NCBI GenBank assembly: GCA_000320545.1
Contig: ADNK01002265.1
Coordinates: 2,878 to 66,877 of the forward strand
Direction: 5' to 3'
Length of the DNA stretch: 64,000 nucleotides
Source: Bigelowiella natans CCMP2755
Lineage: Eukaryota > Protista > Cercozoa
Shown: piece by piece, positions 1 to 12,315 of the stretch
How the letters are laid out: the number at the start of each line of letters is the position of its first letter
How positions within the stretch are numbered: the stretch's first letter is position 1
The notes under the pieces: generated by a model
Seen by the model: only the letters and a program-made list of their open reading frames with translations
Told to the model about the DNA's origin: nothing
Database searches by the model: none
Position numbers and translations under genes: made by a program

Positions 1-119
1 AGATGGACCCGCGTTAGCAACTTGACCCGAAACCGCATTGTCTTGCGAAAATGCCTTGTTAATGTTTGTTGTGTGCAGATAATAAAATGCATTCAAGGTT
101 ATAATATACTTGATGATTT

Positions 120-270
120 TAACTATGCTGCTAAAAAGAAGCATTTTACTAGGCCGTTAATATTATTAGAACTCACAAAATTCTGTTTCTTTCCATCCGC
201 AGAGACGATTCCCATTCTGATGCTTTAGAATAGAAAAATGATGTGTTATTTTAATTTCTCAACTCTCCCT

Positions 271-355
<85 letters not shown>

Positions 356-1070
356 CGTGAGAGTGCGTTCGTGTGTAGTGAAACTAGTACTCATTCTGAT
401 CCTCTCTCCAATCCTCTTGAATAATACGTACGCAATCCCGCATCATGATAAGCAGGAAGAACCTAAATCATAGATGATGATGGAAAACTAAAACTCAACA
501 ATTAGCTCAACAACCGCACATTTTATAAGCCAAAAATAAAATATAAACTCACCAGATGTAAGTATTATTACCCAGTGAGCATGGCAGCTAAACACAATAT
601 TGCGCCAGGAACAACACCGTCAAGAGTTTCGTAGACATTGTCGCAAAAATCGGTTATCCAAATATTTTTGTACGCTTTTCCTGACAACATATAAATGAAT
701 AAACCAGTAAAAAATTTAACATGTGTGTATCCATCCTTGCATGCTTGACTCGTGCATGTGTATCTCGTGTACACATTTATATATATTTAATATTTAAATT
801 GTTCTATTATAGGAGTGAGCAAACGAATCAATGTAAGACACGATAAAATTCTCTCTCTCTCCTCTCTCTCTCTCAATAGGAATTAGAGAAAAAATGCTCT
901 CTCTCTAAAAATCCATTTACATTACAAAATCAATGAATAGATGGAATGAAAACAAGAGGAATAACAACCTATAATTGCGCAAGGTGTATATCGGTTGACC
1001 GTTAGTATGTAGTTAACCTGGAGAAAAAGATACAAATTCAATATTTCACAATGACTACAAAAACACAACA

Positions 1071-1114
<44 letters not shown>

Positions 1115-2209
1115 TGAATTACTTTAAGAATGTAATTTGTGTCTAGCAACTATTTATTATGAGAAACACACCATCATCTTCATCATCATTTTCAACATCA
1201 ACTCTCATATCATCAATGCAACGGCAATGAACACCATGTTGTAAATTTCATTGACAGAATTTCCAATGTCTGAATGTTATACCAAAATCAGATATGATGA
1301 TATACACATTTTGATGATGATGATGATGATGGCAACGATAATGAAGGAGTGTGTGTTTATATTTCAATGTACCTCTTCTTGAGTTTTCAACGGCCGCGTT
1401 AATAGCATTGGCAGCTACATTAATCTGGTCAATACTGATGTTATAGTTTCTGGACGACAAGCAGAAAGAAAACAAAAGCAAACAATCAAACACACAAAGC
1501 ACACACATACACACACTTGGGACGGTGTGGACAAAAATGCATATAAGGTATCATGGATATATTTGCAAACGAATGTTGAAAACTCTCCACTACTACTACT
1601 ACTACTACAACTACAACTACCTTTTATGCTCATTAAGAGAATCACGATTTGCTTCCATTTCCTCATTTGATGGTTTTAAGATGCCGGACAGTCTATCCTA
1701 AAAATGTTAACCAATTTGATTTACAACATGTAGCAAAAATTGATATTCAAACTACAATAATGCGTTATTATGAATTCAAAGTAGTACGTATTATATCATG
1801 TATATCCTTGCTGTGTACGGGTCTCAAAGAAATGAACATTATTTCTTCTTAAAAATACAAATGGTAGTATTACGATATTCTGCTGATTGGTGACTGGATT
1901 GTAGACACCAGAGTAATACTGTGCAGGATTTAACCCTCTGAGCCCCGTTAGCAGATCGTTGTATTGGTTGTAGTCAGATGAAAAATTGTAACCAGTGGCA
2001 ACCGCAACCTATGAAGTGGGGGAGGAGGGGGTTGATACGTAAAGGATTTCACATATAACTCATGTGTTGTTGTCATGATAGTGCGCCCCTCATCCCTCTC
2101 CTCCTCCTCCTCCTCCTCCTCCTCCTCCTCCTCCTCCTCCTTCTATTCTTTTGTCTGTCTACCAGAGCCATTGCGTTTCTCGCATTCCCGGTCTGGTTGA
2201 GTACTAAAA

Positions 2210-2241
<32 letters not shown>

Positions 2242-3747
2242 CGATATGACCAAAGAGGAAATAACAACAACAGCAGCAATATTTATGGATGAGTGTAGTT
2301 TCAACAATCTGAAATTTGTAACACGAAGGAAGGGAAAAATGATGATACGTAAAAATGAGGCAGCAGCAGAGTAAATTTCAATCATAACAATAAACATCCG
2401 CTACTGATTGATCCACATCTGGATGATGCTCTCAATAGCCTATTTTATAGCTTCTTCTTGTTATAATCAGAGCTCCGTCGTTCGACATATCATTTCTGAT
2501 TGCTGAATGCAACCCCGTGATATATCATCATAACCACCTTGATCAACATATCTCGAAACGTACAGCGAGCTGGTGGCGTTGTTCAGCCTATGATATCACC
2601 ATGTATTGTCGGTAGATAAGTAGGTAAGTAGGTGATATCACCACGTGTTGTTGGTTGGTAGGTAAGTAGGTAGGTAGGTAGGTAGGTAGGCAGGAGAATA
2701 ATGATGAAAATCAACGAATGCCAAGAACAGTAATTGCAATATCATACTTTTGCAAATCTAAGAACGTCTTCGAAAAATACATGCAGCACAAACCTATTAA
2801 TTGGGTATAATACCACTTTCCTTATCTCTCGTGGCAAATGCTTATTATATCTATATCCACTTCATATGCAAGTCACTACTTACGAAAACTCTATGACAAT
2901 CTTTATAATTATCAGTAAGAATTTCATTACTGATTTTCTTACTGAATGATTGGTTTTTGCACTTCTTTCGAGAAGTTGAAAGCACCAAGAACCTACGACG
3001 AGAGGAATGTAATCATGGGAAAACAACTTAACTGCTAACAAAATGATAAACAGCAAATACTACACGAAACCTATAATAGACTATTAGGTGTGGCTACTGC
3101 TATTACTACTTGTTACCTGCATGATATCGATGAAATTCGAATCAGGACTGTAATCATAAATTCCTTGATCGTTGACGCGATTGGGACATTCCTAGTTAGT
3201 AAGTAAAATAGATTCAAGAAACAATAACCATACTTATAATAACAAAACGTACGTGATTCGGAAGAAAAACGATGACGAGTTTTAATCAATATAAACATAA
3301 TTAAAACTACTGAATCTATGTTTGGGATATAGTCGTTGCTCTTTATTCTTATTACTACCAAAATTTGCTGAACAACATCTGCCACAAGAACCTTATCATC
3401 TCTAACTTTGACCTTTTGTTGTTATTGAATATGTAGCCGGTAGTATTATATCCAAAATAACTATGCAGCACATCAGGGCAGCATCAGCAGCCATTCGATA
3501 ATGATACATTTTTCTGACAGAGGGGAGGGAGTTTAACCTCTCACTTCATCTTCTTCTTCATTTCTTGGATTTTTAATTATCAATGAGAAAACGAAGGTAT
3601 TATTATTATTATTACTACTACTACTACTACTACCTCGGTGCTTCCCAAATTTGTTCTAAGCATTGTGATGAGCGTCTGGCAGGATTCTACACTATAAGTT
3701 CTGGGTAATAAAAGAAGATCCGTAGTGAATTAAGAAAGGAGATGATT

Positions 3748-3785
<38 letters not shown>

Positions 3786-5077
3786 ACAGGAGGCATGTGA
3801 GAAAGAAAAACTATTCTCAATCCTCATATTGTGTGATTTCGATTTATGAATTTTAAAAAATGAATGCATTCTTCTTCTTCTTACATATGCTTCTAAGATT
3901 CTCATTAGTATATATTATTACCCTTCACAACCGCATATATCGTACGAAATCATCGAGAGGACCAAGAATATCCCAAGAATAAATGCAAGCCATAGGAACG
4001 TGAAGAATATTAAATACCCTCCCAGGCATATTGGCCACCGCTTTTTGAAGAAAAGAGAAGGACATGGGAGGAAGGAGGAAATCGATGATGATTAGTAATA
4101 TTTTGAGATATTAATAGTACTGAAATAATGTGTAGCAGTCAATATATTAGAAGTTATTTATTCTTTCTTTCAAACGCTATCATTTTCCTTTTACTTGTAA
4201 TGCGAAATGGTCAAATAGAAGTGAGAAGAATGTGTGCTTCTTCTTCTTCTTCTTCTTCTTCTTGTGTATGCGGCGTCAATACGTTCCCCCAAACATGTTA
4301 TTATATATACATGCAAGAATACTATTGCTACTACAATTTCAGCTACTACCACTACAATAACACAACAACTTTTACTGTTACTATTACAATTACTAAAGTA
4401 ATGCTTCTACTAAGTAACACAACACCACCTTTTTGCACAAATATCCAATGATCATTGTAAGCAAAAAGACACACGAAAGAGAGTATAGTAAAGCCATTGC
4501 AAGCTCGCCATAAGTTTCTGAGCTAGTTGTGCTTGATTTTGTACTGTCTATGTTATCCTCCTGAATATCAGTGAGTACATATGTATATATATGTTTTTTT
4601 ATATATAATATTGATAATGATATGTTTATGTATCATATAGCGTCAATCCTTGTTTTAAGTCAATGAAGTAAAACTGAATTTTGAGCATTGATATCAAGAA
4701 ACAGCGATGAGGAATACTTCTTTGTTCTATTTGTAAGTAAAGTGATATGGTAGAAAGTAGGATGATTAGTATGTTTACTTTGCTGAGGGCTTGGTTGACG
4801 TGTTTTAACATCTGAGACTCTATGTCAAGAAGTGATCGATAGATGCTTCCTATGCAGTAGTAGTAGTAGTAGTAGTAGTAGAAGAAGAAGAAGAAGAAGA
4901 AGGAGAAGGAGAAGAGATAGCACAAAATATCAAAAGCAGCAGCAGCACCAGCAGCAGCATATCCTATTTTTATAACAACGAAGGATGGAAGCTATTAGTA
5001 ATTAGAAAGAGACTACTCCTCTGCTACCACTATTGTTTATCACTACTACTGTATTGACTACTATCATGCCATCATCA

Positions 5078-5144
<67 letters not shown>

Positions 5145-5851
5145 CTATCTATCTTCTCCCAAAGCTTAATATTACCCCATTGAGACTGAATTTCAGGCTT
5201 TGTCTCAAGCTATTAGTATAAGTCATAAAATAGTGAGTTTGTCGTGTATAACTAACAGCATTTTCATATGGGAATTATTTATTCTTCTTGTTATCAAGCT
5301 CATTTTATGTATTTTCTCAATCATGAAATTATCGTATCTTTGCTGATGTATTGTTATGTTAGTACTGTCATTGATATCATTACATCGTATGATTACATCA
5401 TTATCTTTCTTACCAGTAGGTCATCAACGATTGTTGGAGAAATACCCTGTCGGGCATTGACAAGTTCATTTTTGGCCTCTGCTAAAGAATTGACAGCCTG
5501 CCCTGGAATATACGTGTCCTGGCTCTCAACCTATAAACAGCATGGAAGAAGAGTACGAGGAGAAGGGAAAACAAAGAAAATACATAAGTAGAAACCAGAC
5601 AAATCTCAGTAACTAATAAATCCATGTAATTCATTGATTCACTGTGAATGAAAAGAAAGCATAAACGATAGCAGCACTCCTCCTACTAAATTAGCAGACG
5701 GACAGCTGATTGGTGACCTACCTACCTACTACTACCTTCGGTATATCTGCTGGGCGTGGGAGATATGCGCTAAAGTTGGAGGATGTAGCCAACGTGTCTA
5801 CAAGGGTGCTGTTGATCAATTCGCTCTGATTCTTCATCAAGTATACCTTTG

Positions 5852-5891
<40 letters not shown>

Positions 5892-6749
5892 GTTTATATC
5901 TATATCATTTATAGTAGTATTTATAAATACACAAACAAAAGATTGCTTATATGTGCACATATTTCGGAAGATAATATATGGAGAATATTATACTTTCTTT
6001 TAACAAGAAAACATTAACTCACCATCAAAAACGCACAATCCTTTATGTGTGTCAAATTAAGCAATAGTGTATCACTACCGTTGCATTGATAGCGGTGGCG
6101 ATTGAAGTAGTATTCTCCACCTGAAAAAACAATATTTCTTATCGTTTTGTTTCATGAAGGACAGAAGGAGAATACTATTTGTTGTTGCATTTTTAAGTAG
6201 AATATTCTTTGATGAAATAATAGAGGAAAGTCTATATTGTTTCGTTCTCATCCAGGTGTTGTTGTTCCCTGCATATTATCATCATGACCTTGTCGATGGT
6301 GTTGTTTAATGAGTTGATTATATTTTGCATTCCTGAAGTACGTAACAAGTAGTGATACTAGCAGTGATTTATGTGTCAAGAATGGGTTATTTTTTAAATA
6401 AAGGAGGTTTAGAATGAGTAGTATAGCTGCTAGAATTACCCCCATGCTGCAAAGAATGCATTTGTTGTGAGAAGAAACACTTTCAATTTGTTTTTAGTTT
6501 GTTGGAAAATTGTTATACCGTCGATAAGATTAATGATAGTCTGGAAAGTCGTGTTGACCTGAATGGTAAGTTCTTGTTTTCATATGATGATGCAATTTAC
6601 GAAGATTGAAGACATGTACAACTTCTATATCATCATCATATGAACCTGGGTATTCGCACCATGTAAGAACCCCCCAACACTTGTCACAGAGCATTTTGCA
6701 ATTGCTCCAGCAGTGCCTTTTTCGTGAAACAAACACAACAACGAAATGA

Positions 6750-6813
<64 letters not shown>

Positions 6814-6899
6814 ATATAGAAAATGGTGATTTGTGGCGGCACGATCTAACATGAAGTAAAAATAAGAAATCTAGATACAAGTTCCCTTCTTCTTTTTCT

Positions 6900-6931
<32 letters not shown>

Positions 6932-7074
6932 TAGCTGTTACCTCCGTATTGGTCTTGAACATCTGACAACGACTTACCACTGCGGAACTAATTTCATCAT
7001 CAGAGATCAACTTACTATGTATGACGACGTTGTCAGAATATTAGACTGATGCTCAAAATATTCAATCAACTGTG

Positions 7075-7147
<73 letters not shown>

Positions 7148-8061
7148 CATATGCCTCGACTTATGTGCCGACTAATGGTGAGTGTGTCTCGTTCTCCTTT
7201 TCTGTTTCATCGTGGAAGTGTTTAACATCATCATTACTTTTATATAATAGGTTATCATAAATGAGAATAACATAATAATTATGTATATCCCCACAACCAT
7301 CACCATTATTAAAACTACTACAACTACTACTGCAAGTAAGTAGTACATCATCAACGATAAGTCCAGCACATTGAAAATCGGCCCTAATATGATGATGATG
7401 ATGAATCATGAGATGTTTTGATAAAACGTTGCACTTATGATGATTCCTCTCATTCGAAGCATCTAGTTTATTAAAAGAAGCTGGTACAGAAACCAACTCA
7501 TCATTCATCCTATTAGTAAATTGGATGAGATCTTACCAATCACCGATGAATTCCTTCGCGTGATCAAATGTCTGGCCAATATCTTCATATAAATGTGATT
7601 GGTTGCCAAAGATGATACCAACCCCAGCAATGGAAATCAAAAATATCAAGAGCGAGGCCAAGAGGAACCATCTGCAGCATAGGTGATACAAATAATAGTA
7701 ACACCAAATAAAGGAAAGAGGGAAGCCACCACAAATATAATGTTTAGCTGCTGTCAACCACCATTATTGCAATCTCAATCGACCTGCAGCGCATTAATTT
7801 CAACGTTCTTATTCTTCTTCTTCTTTGTATTGTTTTCACACCACTTACTTATAATTGTCTTGGTTATCCCAGCAAGACTGAAGTTTAACTTTCTTGTAAC
7901 GAAAACAGCAACAGCGACAGCACGGACTGCACATTCCCCAGCACATTAAATGGAAGAACATGAAAATGGAAAATAAAAATCCAAGTCCTATCCCGAGTCC
8001 ACCGCTCTAAATGTACATAATAACCTCATCATCATCACCGATCTGAATGCACATAATAACC

Positions 8062-8100
<39 letters not shown>

Positions 8101-8437
8101 CGTCGTATGTACATGGTTAATAATTATTGACAAGGAATAGAATGTGCTCACGACTTGGATTATGAGCTGTTGGAGGTAAGTCTGCCCTGCAGAGCCGTCC
8201 CATTTATCCAATTTTGTCTGAAGTTATCATTATTACAGTGTGTTGTCGATAGAAGAGCTTTTAGAGAGGTCATCTACATAATTATAAATTAACTATAATC
8301 TTAATTATTCTTACATCGGCTGGAAAGTCTCTATTTCCTGTTGCAGCTGTGCCAGATCCCGTTTTCGCAATTGTTGAAACCACGAGACAGACAAGCAAGA
8401 GCCATTGTAATGCTATTGCAATACTACCCTTCTTCAT
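120..8437 (-). CDS. Prominin/Tweety-superfamily pentaspan membrane protein (multi-exon; 3' end approximate)
   Basis: Manual splicing gives a signal peptide MKKGSIAIALQWLLLVCLVVSTIA (ATG 8437) and TM1 GLGIGLGFLFSIFMFFHLMCW followed by the Cys cluster PCCRCCC (8005-7850). TM2 is WFLLASLLIFLISIAGVGIIFGNQ (7672-7537), then a long loop, TM3/4 ...RWPICLGGYLIFFTFLWLAFILGIFLVLSMISVESC (4040-3650), a second long loop, and TM5 VVPGAILCLAAMLTGFFLLIMM (680-390). The 5-TM topology with a Cys-rich TM1-TM2 loop and two large external loops matches prominin/Tweety. Confidence 0.75.
274..352. repeat. Compound microsatellite (CT)n-(CA)n-(GA)n, representative of the many microsatellites in the window
   Basis: Seen directly. 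(AT)n, (CA)n, (CAT)n, (TAC)n, (AAC)n and (GGA)n runs occur throughout introns and exons. Confidence 0.9.
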
Positions 8438-9285
8438 GATTCGGTCGTTGCAGCAACTCTATAATCGGATGTATATGAAATCACCAGTTGGACGCGTGAG
8501 CCAATCGATGTAGATCTACGTTAAGGGGACTTTTACAGGCTGTAATTTTTCTAAAATTAGATCCAGATTCCAGATCTACCAGTAGATAGCTAGATCTACT
8601 CACACCCGTACTCGTGCCGAAGCAGCAGCAGAAACGAAGCGCCGTTATTCTGCCGTTATGGCTGTTAGTTAAGTCAATGTTTTTCGACGACTTCAGACAT
8701 CATTGTTGTAAAATTTTGTTCAAATATTGGATTTAGTGTTAGTAAAACTCGGAATAGCATGACATTTTAAAATATAGCAAATTTATGAAGTATCACAATA
8801 ATCTGAAACCTTTTTGTATGTCATAGAATCAAACCCAAGAATGAATAGCAGAATCTCTGGATTCTTCTGCGGTCGGTTAATACCCGGTGCTTATTATTAT
8901 TTCGGAGTTTTATCGGAGATTATACTCATAGAATCTCCAGATTCTTGTCATTGGCGGGAGGAAGGATATAAAGCACACATATATTTCAGCGAAGATCATC
9001 GATCTGGAGGCAGGAGGAGCAAGATGATGATGATGAGCAAGATGGTAATTATGACGAGGATGGTGATGATAACGATGAGGAAAGAAGATGCGGATCATCA
9101 ACAAGCAAGTTGTGTGAGTAAAACTTCTTGAGTAGCGTATTATCAGCAGTGCATAAAAGCTTTGTAGATTTATTATCTACGTGTCACAAGGAACGAAGGC
9201 AGCAGCAAGTAGAAGAAGAAGGAGAAGAATAAAAACTAAGAAGGTGCTAAATCAGACTGCACAAAGAAGTAGTAATCAAGGTATT

Positions 9286-10435
9286 ATGATGCTTGAAAGC
9301 AGTGAAGGAAAAGACTCTCCTCTAGCCAACCTACCGGTACAAAGCAAACAACGGCAAGCGGGGATTAGAAGATCACCTCATCATCTACTGCTTCTCCTTC
9401 TCGTGGCAGTTGCTATATGCGCCAACTTCATCTCATGGAATCATCGAACAGATGCTACTAATTCTTTTCACGTTGGAAATCTACTGCAGAAGAGTGTTGT
9501 TGCGAAGAAAAAGACAACAGGAAGAAGATCATCGCATTGGTCTGTTTCATGCTGTTACATGTCCTTTCACGAAGAATCATCAGATTCTCACTAATGTTCT
9601 TCCGTGCAAAATACGCTCTCTCTAAAATCACATTTTCTTATCTCATGACACGCTTCTTACTACAACATTTCTCCCATGCAAAACACACACATTAACATGA
9701 TGACATCTTATGACACACTTGTTACTACAACATTTTCCGTGCAAAACACACACATATTAACATAACTATTACTTAGCACACACACTACTTCTTATGATAG
9801 CTAATGGAAAGATGAACGATGTTGTTATTTACTAAATTATAAGGACGGGGAGCATTGTATCAACTCCATTCAAAATCGTCGCTGGCTTGGGAAACGTTGC
9901 AGGCTCTCTTCTTTTTCGCAAGTAGTATACTATGATAAATGATATTCTAGAGGCATTATTGCTAATAAGTTGTGTAGTATCATAATGAAATTCTAGAGGC
10001 TTTATTGTTATTATTATTATAAGCACGTAGTGGTGCACGTGAATTGGTTATGCGTTGTTGTTCATTCATCAATTTGAGATGATGTTCTTCCACCTCCCCC
10101 TCCCCCCCTTCCCCACCCCTCTCCCGGCTCCCTCTTTAGCAATAAAGCACCCTGTTATTATGTACATAGCTCACTACTTCTCCTGATAAAATCATAATAC
10201 CACCAAAATCTCATCATAGAAAAACACCTCGGATACGGAAAGGCACGTGGGTTATAGCATGGGTACTACTACTAGTTGTATTATTATTATTATTATTAGT
10301 AGTAGTAGTTGTAGTAGCAGTGGTAGTAGTGCGATATGATTTCTCTATGTGTACATCTTGATACTTGCTTGCTGATCGCAATGAATGCTGTACTTCATTT
10401 GAAAAACACATCTAGACATGTACGCATGTACATAG

Positions 10436-10481
<46 letters not shown>

Positions 10482-11092
10482 CAAATATATTACATTAGGT
10501 TCCACTCTCCAAGGATGAATCCGACATCGAATCGTGTGAGGTATGTATCCGTATGTGTATATTATATATACCCTAATCTAAATCAGGAGAATACATCTTC
10601 ATCGGTCAATTATGTGTATAATTTACAATTCTACTTGTATGATGATGATGATGATGATGATTATGATGAAAACATAGGTTTGCCAAGTCACTGAATTAGT
10701 AGATGGAGGATTGCAGCTCACACGGCTCGATGGTAAATTAATTAGCTATAACATCAATTAATTATGTGCTCAATGAGGAGGAGAAAAACGATGTTTTAAT
10801 AGCTATCATAAAATAATAAAATCAATGAGGATGATGATGATGCTGCTGCTGCTGCTGTTGCTGCTTTAATATCTTCTTACCATGTTTTTGGAAACTACTG
10901 ACTAGTTGCAATTGTTATTGTTATTATTATTACTAATACACAATTACATATTAGGAACACGTCTTTTGCTACCTCCATATGCTGTAGCACCTGCTTCAGA
11001 AGGTTATGATGATGATGGTGATGATGATGATGATGATAATACTTTGTGAATATTATTGTTGGGTTATGATATGCACATGTGAAGTAGTAGTT

Positions 11093-11128
<36 letters not shown>

Positions 11129-11227
11129 TCATCGTTTTTGATCATTGTTTGTTTTCAATGAAGTTATCATCTTTCATTTGGTTGTACCACCACCTAGGTA
11201 GTCATGTGTCTTAGCATTGATTTTTAC

Positions 11228-11271
<44 letters not shown>

Positions 11272-11504
11272 ATTCATTGGTGTATTCTTTCTTGTCTCCT
11301 CTTTCTGTTGATACACAAATGATGTATAGATCTTTCAATCGCTGCTCAGATGAATTGGGCAGCTAAGAGAGGGTGAATATTTGTTGTTTCGTATGCAGAG
11401 AGAATGTGTAAGTATTAGTAGAAATGTATCCATACTATGTCAATGGTGATGTGTAAGTAGTACTACAAATCTATCCATACTCTACCAATGATCACGACAA
11501 TAAT

Positions 11505-11538
<34 letters not shown>

Positions 11539-12284
11539 TTTTACTGCTACAACTTACTAATTTCTCACGCACAAACAAGAAGAAAATCATCAGTGCAAAC
11601 AACAACAACAACAACAATCAACATCATCCATACTTCTGTCTATCGTCGTGATCATTGGTGCATGAATGGATTACGAATGCATGCTATTAATATTATACTC
11701 ATTATTATTTATTATTGGTATTATCTAGGGATATTGGGTCAGTAGAGCAATGTTTAAGGGCTGGGGTTCCTACTGATGCAAAGTCAACGTATCATGGAAC
11801 GCCTCTCCATTTAGCTGCAGAAGGGTATTATTAACCCTTATCCCTTACAATTCATACGATCAACGAGAGAGTAGTGATATATGAGAAATAATTGTGTGTC
11901 AGCTTCGCATTGTACCAGCAGTATGATTATCATTATTATTAGAAATTCCAGCTCTCGTATTATTAGCGACTTAGTAGTGAGAGCTTGATTAGTGACGATG
12001 TATCATATCACGAGCATTATCTCGTCATCAAGCAGTAGATTTCACGAATCCTACAATAATAATTTATTTTTATTTTTTTGAGTATCATCTATATATTATG
12101 ATACTCACATATTATATTAATTTACTATTTATTGTTGTCAGTGGATATGTGGCCATTATACGATTGCTACTGAGTTATGGTGCAAATCCAAACGCTTTAG
12201 ATGGTATTATAGTCCTTGTACAATAATCATGATGATGATGATGATGATGATGATGCATGATAAAACCGACTAGAAGTACTACTG

Positions 12285-12315
<31 letters not shown>

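Noticed and set aside
553-680. Stop-codon reassignment (in-frame TAA at exon ends)
   Set aside because: The stops fall inside GTAA donors or introns, and genes end in TAA, TAG and TGA, consistent with the standard code.
8218-8236. Apparent 19-nt nucleomorph-like intron GTAATAATGATAACTTCAG (minus strand)
   Set aside because: Removing it does not give an open frame; it is better explained as the 3' end of the longer first intron.
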